A stretch of 64,000 nucleotides of DNA from Setoptus koraiensis (Eukaryota; Animalia; Arthropoda): assembly GCA_048013815.1 (NCBI GenBank), contig CM106585.1, positions 6,386,001 through 6,450,000 of the forward strand, written 5' to 3'. The translations under genes were made by a program, and so were the position numbers. Shown here piece by piece: positions 38,908-49,100 of the stretch (positions are counted from its first letter, which is position 1; each line of letters starts with the position of its first letter). The notes under the pieces are model-generated. The model did no database searches. It saw only the letters and a program-made list of their open reading frames with translations, and was not told the DNA's origin.

Positions 38908-39125
38908 GCAATTGTGCAATGGTGCAATGGTGCAATGGTGCAATGGTGCGGTGGTGCAGTGGTGAAACTGTGCAACTGTGCAATGGTGCAGCGGTGCAAT
39001 TGTGCAGTGGAGCAATGGTGCGGCGGTGCAGTCGAGAAACTGTGCAGTGGTGCAGAGGTGCAATGATGTGATGGTGCGATGGTGCGATGGTGCGATGGTG
39101 CGATGGTGCAGTGGTGCGGCGGTGC
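38908..39125. repeat. Degenerate 8-bp minisatellite (TGCRRTGG), about 27 units
   Basis: Direct reading: TGCAATGG, TGCAGTGG and TGCGATGG variants. Confidence 0.9.
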
Positions 39126-41943
39126 TCGCTGGCAGGGTCGGCTGGCGAGCGAGCGCCCTTTCGCGGTATAAATAGCCTAAGGTGAGGGGCAAACAAACAG
39201 AAAAAAAAGAGTGCGCGCCAACAACGAACGCGCCGCTCGCAATTCGCTGGCAAGGCCGTCGGACGAACGTCGTCCAGGCTGCGTATCATGCCGTGTCGTG
39301 CCCGCATATACAGACACTGTGTATAAAACAGTATATAATGTATACTATGAATGCTCCGTATACACGAACCTTGTAGACCATCATAGCACCATGATCGAGG
39401 CGCCACAAGCGGCGCTGCCAGCAACTGGAGTGAGCTAGCTGCCAGCAACTGGAGTGAGCTAGCTGCCAGCAAAGTTTGCCGGTTGCGGCCAGTAGCCGCT
39501 GGCGGCGCCTGCTCCGATGACGACGCCGGCCCATGCTATTGCGTCATGGGTCAAACATACAAGGACAAAAGGACAATGAACGCTTCTACGTCGCAAACAG
39601 CGACGAGCGACACCACTTGGCCATTCTCGTTGGCGGCCGCCAGCGAGCTCGCGGACGACTTGTGTCCGGCCGGCCGACGGCGCTGCTGGCCTGATTATCC
39701 AGCTGCTTTGCATTGTGAGCCGCCAACAAACGACTTTGCCCTGTGACGCAACCGACCAGAGTTATCGAGTTACCTGAGTCACTCACAACTCGTCAGACCG
39801 AGTGGCGGCGAGCGAGTGTCCGGCCACAGTGGCAGTTCATATGGCCGCGGCGGCCAGTGAGTCACGGGCAAGTTGCGAAGCGCAACTCGTTCGGCGCGGC
39901 CAGCGGCGACCGTCGGCAGCCGGTTTGCGCCCGCTTTCGGTGCGCTTTGTTTGCGCCACCGACGGCGCATTCCTGCCCGTCGCCGCCGCATACCATCGCA
40001 TATGTTCCAATGTCAACCGGACTGCCGCTCGCCGGCTTCACTGGCGCCCTGCTCACCTGGGCGAGAGTGAATCCTTTGCTGTTCCCTCGCTGTGCGCGCC
40101 AGTTGCCGCTGACCGGTTGCGGGCCGGCTGCTCGGCGTCGGCCCGCTCGCGCAACCATGCGGCAACCGTTGGCAAACAAACTGTCCGTGGCGCACGAGGG
40201 GGCCGCCACGAACAAACACAGTTAAAAAACAGAGCAATAAATAATAATTGTCGCTTATTTGTCGCTGCCCGTCCATTGTTATGTAACACTGTGCCAGCGT
40301 GCCACTGCGCGCCCCGGTGCGAAGCGAGCCAGGCATTAGTCGGTCGATTCGGCGAATCGATTGTCCAATCGAACCGATTGTCACTTAACGGCACTCGCCC
40401 GTCTGCCCTTTCGAGCCGGCCAACAGCCCCGAAGCGGTCATAATTCGACGAATTCAAAATGCAATTTTACAACAATTCGCCAGACTGCCGCCGCTGCCAC
40501 GATCGATGGGGCCCCGCCCGAGCAGCGTCACTCTTGTGTGCGCGTGTGCGTGTAACGGCACAATAAGCACGCTTCCACACCAGTCGACCGGCAACTGGCA
40601 ACCGGCAGCAACTCGCAACACGCGGCACGTAGTACGTGCACCCAGTGTGGAGTTCAGGCGGCGCGAGTTCAAGTTCAGCGCGACCCGCAGCGACGTGACT
40701 CCGCTAACCGTTAGCGGCCAACACCGGGCGCATCTGCTTTTTTACGCTTGGCATTGGCATTCTTCTGTCGGGCGTTTTGCAAGCGCTGGCAGCTTTTGCT
40801 AGCTTTTGCGGAGTTGCAAAACCGAACTGGTTGCAGCTCTAAAATCTAAAATCTGCGCAACAGCCGCAGCAACTTGTGGCCATCGGATTGAATTGTCACC
40901 GTTGTCGCCGGCGACCATTGCGTTCGCTGTCGGCCCGAGCCGGTCCGTTCGCGAACGCCGTCGCCCGGCCGGCCTCTGCCCGTTGCGCGTCTCGTTGCGA
41001 GCCAGCTCCGGGCTGTTCAACTGTTCACGGCGCAAGCCGACACACACTCGGCACGCTGGCCCCGGGCCGCTATGTGTTCGGAGCGGCCACATTGCGACCG
41101 CGGCCGGCATCAACCGGTACGACATGCCGGCACGACCGGCCGGCCGGCCGACTCACAACCGACCGTATCCGCCGGTGAGGGCACCAACTTGCCGCGGGCG
41201 CCCTCGCTCAGCTGGTTGGTGGTCAGCTGGTCGGTGGTCAGCTGTTGGCTGCCAGTGAGCTGTGGCGGCCGCTCGACTGGCGCTGACGGCCGGTCAGCTG
41301 ACGCGACAAGAGAGCAATTGGCCAGTGGCCGGAGGAAACAGCGGCCAGAGAAAACAAGCGAATAACAAGTTGCCCGAACAGTGCAACAGCGAATGTGGCG
41401 CCGACTCTATTAGGCGGACATCTCCACAGGTTAACGTTAGTCCAATCAGTGAGATCACTAACAAGAGTTGTAATTTTGCGAGCTGTCGATTGCGGCAAGT
41501 TGGCGGCAAGTTGCGCAGCCAGTTCAGACCGTTACTCATGGCGAGCACAGTTTTGTGTAGCGGTATGTGGTGAGGCGGCGCAGTGTGCGGCGCGGCCCAC
41601 AACATGAGCAACAATCATTTGTGCGCGAGTGTTTGTGGCCGGCACAAGTCAACTGTGGCCAGTGCCGAACCGGCTTCGATTGAACCCATTTGCTGCCGGT
41701 TTGATGCGGGCCCGCCTGTCGCCCGAACGGCGACCTTGACTGGCTCCGGTTGTGGCCAAGAGAGCAGTCAGCCCAGTGCAATTCCGGCCAGAAGAGGCCA
41801 GTTTATCCTTGGTCGGCACCTTTCAGCCGCCCACTCCACCTGGCGCACGGATGCACAATGACAGTGTGCCAGTGCTGCAAAAATGTAACAACCGCATCCT
41901 GTGCGCGCCTTGCACGCCGCGGGCGCGTTGTCGCGGTTTTGTC

Positions 41944-42039
41944 GGTCACTTTGGCCACTTTGGTCATTTTGGTCACTCGGTCATTTTGGTCACTCGGTCA
42001 TTTTGGTCACTTTGGTCATTCGGTCATTCATTTTGGCCA
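41944..42039 (+). repeat. Tandem array with nine GGTCA and two GGCCA cores at 8-9 bp spacing
   Basis: GGTCA at 41944, 41962, 41971, 41979, 41988, 41996, 42005, 42014 and 42022. Confidence 0.9.
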
Positions 42040-42689
42040 CATTATCATCATTAGCGTAAGCGTGCCCGCTTGACCGCCGGATTTGACATGCACGCGCACG
42101 GGTCAGCGCAGACAATTTTTGGCGCAAGTTGCGCCAACGAGCGCCCGGCGCAACTGTTGCGGTCGCCGGGCAACGGTGCCCGTTTGGTGCTGGCTGATCA
42201 CGGCGATCATCATCACAGATATCACTACTAGTGATACTGGGCAATACTGTGCCCGGCAACACCTACAAGTAGTATTTACGCTGTGCCAATTTGGCACAGC
42301 GAACAGCGTCGAGCTAGTTGGGGCAAGCGAGCATCAGGAGGCAGCGAGAGCGACGAACAGTCTAGAAGGCCGTCGTCTCACAAGCTCGCCTGTCGCACAG
42401 TTTGGCCCGGCCGAGAGAGGGCGCAGCCGGCAACTGGTCGCTTGTTAGCCAGGCTACGCTTGCCCGAATGCCAAGTAAGCCCAGTAACTAGACTGGTGTC
42501 ACTAACGAACAGCAGCACAAGTGAATAAACGCCGCCGACCATTGCGGCATGAGGAAGCAGCTTATCACTTTTGGCAAGCTAGCCGTTTGTTGTGTGGTGA
42601 TCGCTGTTGGGAGTTAATACACTCTCCCGATGACGATGCCGATGAGCGACGAAATGTTGTGTTGTTGTCGTTGTTGTTGCTGCTGTTGT

Positions 42690-42723
<34 letters not shown>

Positions 42724-43698
42724 GTCGTTGTTGTTGTTGTTGTGCGATAGTGTGATGTTGTTGTGCGATAGTGTGACGGAGCTAGTGAACTTGATTGAAC
42801 TCGATTGGACGGCATTCATGTGAAAATGGCAGCGCGTTTGTTTGCCGGCCGCTGGACAACAACCGATGACCGACTCACATGCCGAGCCGGCGAGCCGCCG
42901 ACACGCCAACAAGTGGCCAGCGATCGGCCACATGTCTCGGCACGCCAGCATGCAGCATAATGATGTTGCACGATGGGTCCCGCTGGCCAGACCAATATCA
43001 CTTGTGGCTAGTCGGTGCCGTTTGGTGCTGTATGGTCAACAATGCAATGTATGGATGATACAATGCAGTGTTGCGCCGATAGCATCGTATTATAGTCGCA
43101 ACAGCATCACGTAACTGTGCAGCGCTGTTGTTGGCGGCAGCGCCGTTGTCATCGGTGGTCGTATATCGACAGTGGCATCAGTTTATCTGTCATCGATCGT
43201 TTTGTGTCATCGATCGTGTTGTGTCAAGTGTTTCGATTCATTGTTCAGTCGATTTATTAGCACACACTCAATTGGCTGTAAGCTATATTCACAGTGAACG
43301 GTTCAACTGCAGCGCTTGTTGTTGGTCTGGCTGACGGTAGATTCTGGCAGCATTGCTGCCAGAATCGATGCTGCGCCCGTTGCAGCTCGGCCATTGGGGC
43401 GAAATCAGAAATAAGATAAAAACAAAACGTTGTCGCAATAGGTTCGCCTTGGCGTTCCCACTGACAACGACGACAGTTCGACGGCAACAGCTGACCGCCT
43501 GTTACTCACGATTATCCAATCCAACTCACGTGTGCCGGCGAGCTGCGCGGCCCCCACGCCGGCCAGGCGCCCCTCACCTGGCGAGCGGACGGCCGATGCC
43601 CGGTTGCGTCATGAATTGCAATTAGTGGCTCGTCGGGGATCACGAGGCCCCGCGGGGCACGCGATCAAGCGACCGTGTGTCTGGCGCGACTGTACTGA

Positions 43699-43758
43699 AC
43701 AGAGGCTGCGACAGAGGCTGCGACGGAGGCTGCGACAGAGGCTGCGACGGAGGCTGCA
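43699..43758. repeat. 5 x 12-bp tandem repeat ACRGAGGCTGCG
   Basis: Direct reading. Confidence 0.9.
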
Positions 43759-45387
43759 ACTGTGACTAAACGTCGGATAAGTCTGGCTCGGCGCTGCCAG
43801 CTGACTAGTTGGTCTAGTCAGTGTTAGTGTGAGTGTTGGAGCATTGGAGCGAGTTTGAACTTTACCAAAAGTGTACTTTTGCTCTCTGTTATGCGTCAGC
43901 GTATTGGCGTCGCTGGTCGCTTGCATCTATTCACATGTCTATCGCCGATGGCCGCTCCTATTAGCAGCCATCGGCGGCTATGGTCGTGCCCACGGTGTCT
44001 GCCAAGCGCATAGTTGTAGATATTTTGAATTTCTATATATATATATATTTATATAATGCACAATGGCCGCCGGTTTGTGTGTGTCTACGCAACGTACATA
44101 TTATATAATAATGTATTATAAAATTGTGTGGGGCACTTGGGCACCGGCTGCGCACCCAGCGGGTACGGAGCAGGTGCCCCGTGTGTGTGCTGCCGTGCGC
44201 CGTGCGCCGCGCCACCGGGGCCACGCATCACGGGCCTGGGGTTGCCCAAAATGGGTAGCGCTGGCACGGTTTGTAGGGAGCGTTTGTTATTTTTGTGCAC
44301 TGCAACAGCCAGCCAGTATAACAAGTATAGCCAAAAGTATGTGGCATAGTATTATATAAATGCGTTTTTTAAAGCCAAAAGCTGCTCGACTGCGCATCGG
44401 CATCCCATGCCATCAGTGCAGCGTAATGGATGTCGCTGTTGCCGGCGCTGTCGTTGTTGTTGGCGCTGTTGTTGTTGTTGTTGTTGCTGTCGCTGGAGCA
44501 CAAGTGATGCTGATGCTAGTTAGTTGGTCGGTCGGTCGGTCATTGGACTCGCTTCAAGTTGAAGGTCAGCTGAAGGTCGCACAACACGAACAACTTCCCT
44601 TTCTCGGCCACTTTCGGCTTCCACTCTCCATGCCACTAGCGACTGCCGCTGTTGTTGTGCTGCTGTTGTTGTGCTGCCACAACCGACGACTAGAGTCCAT
44701 CGTGGTTGTTGCACCACGGCCACGCATTACGCTGCTGCTGCTGCCGCCGCGATTGCACAAATGTTTCCATTTCCTATGCCCTCCCCCCGTGGCCGCACCA
44801 CCGCGCATATTGTGTGTGTTTGCCGCGGCGACTGCGATCAATCGCGCTGCCAATTGCTATCGACCGCTTTCCCCCTCGGTGCCCACTCTGCTGACACTGC
44901 TGCACAAACACACACACACACACACACACGCACACACACTGCTGAAAACACACACACGCACAAGCAGTTTGCTGGTCATCTGCTGCCGGAGGATGGTGCA
45001 TTGTTATGCAACTGGCCCGTCAGTGTGTTTGTGTGAGTTGAACCCAATGACGAAAACAAGTCGGCCACAGTTCAACATCCTTGCTCCGGCGGCGCCGCCG
45101 AGATGCGCAGCGTTGCAGCGAGCCGCACATCTTGGCGCCCGCGACGGCACACACACTTGGCGCGGCGCGCCACTGCGCGCCGTCGTGCAGGCGGCCGGCC
45201 GGCCGCCTGCACGACCGTCGGCCCCAAACACGCCAGCTGGCCAGCCTTATGGTGCACTGGTCAGCGGCGCGGCACAGCCGGGCCGCACGACGCACAGCGG
45301 CACAGCCGGGCGTTGCATGGTGCGCGCGTGGAGGTCATTGTCACGGTCGACCTTCAACTTTGGCTCGCTCTCTTCACTTTCTTCACA

Positions 45388-45418
<31 letters not shown>

Positions 45419-45506
45419 GGCTGCCACTACTACTGCGCGCCTCCTTTCCCCCGTTCGCCCTCGGCCGGCGGCGCACACCTCGGGCCAGTGTAGCGTTGCG
45501 CGCACC

Positions 45507-45513
45507 CACACAC

Positions 45514-45567
<54 letters not shown>
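45507..45567. repeat. Long (CA)n tract (one of many CA/GT tracts between 14 and 56 kb)
   Basis: Direct reading. Confidence 0.95.
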
Positions 45568-45569
<2 letters not shown>

Positions 45570-46187
45570 TGGTAATGCTGCTGGTGGCTAAAAGTTGACT
45601 ACTTTTAAACGTACTTGCACCTTTTACTGAAGCATCTAGATCAAAAACAACAACAACAGCCACAACTGGCTGCTGTTCGACACTCAGCCATCGAGCGTCA
45701 TTATTACATAATAATTCGTCTGAGCAACTAACACAATCGGCGATGATTCTCTTAGCGGCTCGCATGATTACGCAATCGACGACACAAGCAGCGACAAGGG
45801 CGACAAGAGCGACATTAGCGACAGCGGCCACCAATCGGGCCACACGACACCGAGACCCAGACAGAGCGGCTCGATAAGCGGGCCCAAGCGAGCAAAAGTG
45901 ACACAGTGCGAACAGAGACAACTGAGAACGAGCCGAACCAAGTGCAAGCGAGTCTCGCCAATCCGTCGAGCGCCAAACGTAGCAACCAAACGTAACAACC
46001 AGCCAGTGACTGAACAGCCAGTGACCGAACAGACAGTGACAAAACAGCGGCCGCACAATAGTTCAGACATTTACCAGACAGCAACCAGACAACACCGACG
46101 AAATAAATAACCGACGAAATAAATAACCGACGAACCAAATAAACGAGTTGACAGTTAAGTTAATCGCATAAACATCAAATTAAAACT

Positions 46188-49100
46188 ATGATGATCGACT
46201 TCGACGGCGACGCCATCCTGTGTCAGGTGTGCGGCGACAAGGCCAGCGGCTTCCACTACGGCGTGCATTCGTGCGAGGGCTGCAAGGGCTTCTTCCGGCG
46301 CTCCATTCAGCAAAAGATCCAATACAGACCGTGCAGCAAGAATCAGCAATGCAGCATATTGCGCATCAACAGAAATAGATGTCAGTACTGTCGCCTGAAG
46401 AAGTGCGTCGCCGTGGGAATGTCTCGCGACGGTAAGTTGTCTCCCTTTTCTCCCATTTTCCCCACTGCCCATTCACCATTTGCCCATTCGCCCGTTTTCC
46501 CCTTTGCGCACCCATTTGCGTCCTCGAGGTTTTGACCGAGATTTTGCAGCATTTTGCAGGATTTTGCAGGATTTTGCAGGATTTTGCAGGATTTTGCAGG
46601 ATTTTGCGACTTTGCGATTTTGTGCGCCAACTTGGCGCTACATTTTGATATCGCCGCCATTTTGCGCCCACAGCGCAGGCCAGCCCGCGCCCAGAGTGGC
46701 CCGAAGTGGCCCAATCGAACCAAACAGCCACCTGTTGCCGGGGCCGGCCGATGCGTGGCGACACCAGTGGCAGCGTGGGGCCAGCGGTCAAGCGACAAGC
46801 GTGCCGCACGCACCAACAAACAGCTGTTTGTTTGCGCCAATCGGCCGCCATGCGGCGCGATACGGCGCAGATTGGCGAGCCACAGTTGCCAGTGTGAGCT
46901 AGTGTGCCATCACGGTGGCTTGCCAGAGATGGCTGCAGGATGAGGCTTAATGAGTTTGCTTTGCCACTAAACTGCCTGCTGATGTGACGTCGTGTTGTTG
47001 CTGATGCCATCAATGCCAATCATTACATCATCTTTGTTTGCACATTTGCACTTTTGACATTGCACTCTGGTCGCCAGAGCGACAGGCATAGAGAGACAGA
47101 CAGACAGTCTGTGAGAGCGAGAGAGAGAGTTAATCGCTAGCCACTTTTTTCCAAACACCCCCTCATGTGCATTATATGACGCAAATAATCAATGTCGTTT
47201 CATTTCGTTGTCCTTCGCCTTGCTGCGCCACCGTCAATTGAACCATACATCACACAACAACTTGACAACAACGCTCAATATCGCTCACTGTCGGCTAACA
47301 TAGCGGTGAGATTTGGTCGTGTTCCGAAGCGCGAGAAAGCTAAAATATTGGCCGCCATGCAAAAGGTGAACGCAAACCATCATGACATGGATATCAGATT
47401 GGACATAGAGGACGAATTGAAACTAATCAACACGGTCGTGAGTGCTCATAAAGACACATGTGATTATACCAAAGAGCGCATTATGCCTCTGATTGAAAGG
47501 GCGCGCAACAATCCCATTTACGCGCAGTGCCCGCCGCAAGCTGTAAGTTTTGCAACCAAACCCCGACGAATTGCCCAAATTCGCCCACAAATCTGATCGA
47601 ATTGCCCAGATTTGCCAATTGGCAACTGGGCCAATTTGCATATCGTTATAATAAATATTTTACAATATTATAATATTTGCAATATGCTAATTATCATGCT
47701 ATCAATGTATATACATATTGCAGAGTTTTCCGCTGAACCCGATCAACCCACTGGCGGCAGCCCTGTCTTACCCTAAACCGGCGCACACCATCACAGTTAG
47801 CTCGGCCGGCGATTACATAACCGGCACCGGGCATGAAACAAGGAGAGAAACAACAATTACACAAGACGACAATGACCACAGTGAGGCCACCCCCGCCTCG
47901 GGCAACCATTTAAGCAATAGTAAGGCCGACACGCAACGGAGCGTCGAGGACCAGGAGGTCAAGATCAAGGCCGAACAGGTTGAGCAAGGGGTTGATTCGC
48001 ATCCGAGCAGCACTATTACGGACAAAAACTGCACCACTGACGACACCACCGCCACCGCAACCACCACCACCACCGCTACAACCACCGCGAATGTGGCCCC
48101 AGCGAAACGAGAGGGCGCCACAGGGCCACAACAGCCAGACACAGACACAAAAGGGCCCACCACTGATACCGACGATTGTTTGCCAAACAAACAAGCGGAC
48201 AATAACAACCAGCAGGACGACAGTGATCATGTGATGCAAACAGACCCAGTGCAATATCATAGCCAATCGTCGCTTGCAGCGAACACGAATTTGGTTAATT
48301 TGGCCAATTCGGGCCGGCCGAGCGAGCCGGAGGCTTGTCGAGACCATGAGCACGATGCTCGTTTGACGGGGGAGCCCACGAGCCAGCAAACAGCGACAAT
48401 TAGCGAACAAAAGCAGGCAGAACGCTTCTCGCCGGCAATAGATGGCGTCATTGAGTTTGCCAAGCGACTGCCCGGCTTTCAGTTGTTGTCACAGGACGAC
48501 CAGGTGACGCTGCTGAAGGCAAGCGTGTTCGAGGTGCTTCTAGTCAGACTGTCGTGCATGTTCGACGCCAAGACCCAATCGCTGGTGTGTCTGAATGGAC
48601 TGTTGTTGAAAAGAGACTCCATTATTGGTCAACAGACGGAGACACTGGCCAGACAGCAGCAACACAGCGGCAACTCGCCCGCAACAACAGCAAGCACCAC
48701 GACGAGCGGCCCCGATGGCGGGCAACTGTCGCTGGTTGCGTTCAATCATCAGCAGCAGCCAAACAACAACAACAACTACGCCAGTAATCAGTTTTCCAGC
48801 TCGGGCGCGGGATTTGGCGGCAGCGGCGGCGGCGGCGGCGCCACGGGCTGCCAGCAATCAAATAATGCCATATTTCTCATGGACTCCATGTTTGACTTCG
48901 CCGAGCGGCTTAACGAGGCCGAGCTGAGCGACCAGGAGCTGGCGCTGTTTTGCGCCAGCGTCATTATGGCCACCGGTGAGTAGAAAGACAAACAGCATTA
49001 GCCAGATATAACTCTCTAAATCATCATGTAAGACGACCTAGAGCACAAGCAACTGAGCTGACAACTAATGGCCCTCTATGGCCCGCGCGCGCAACTCGCA

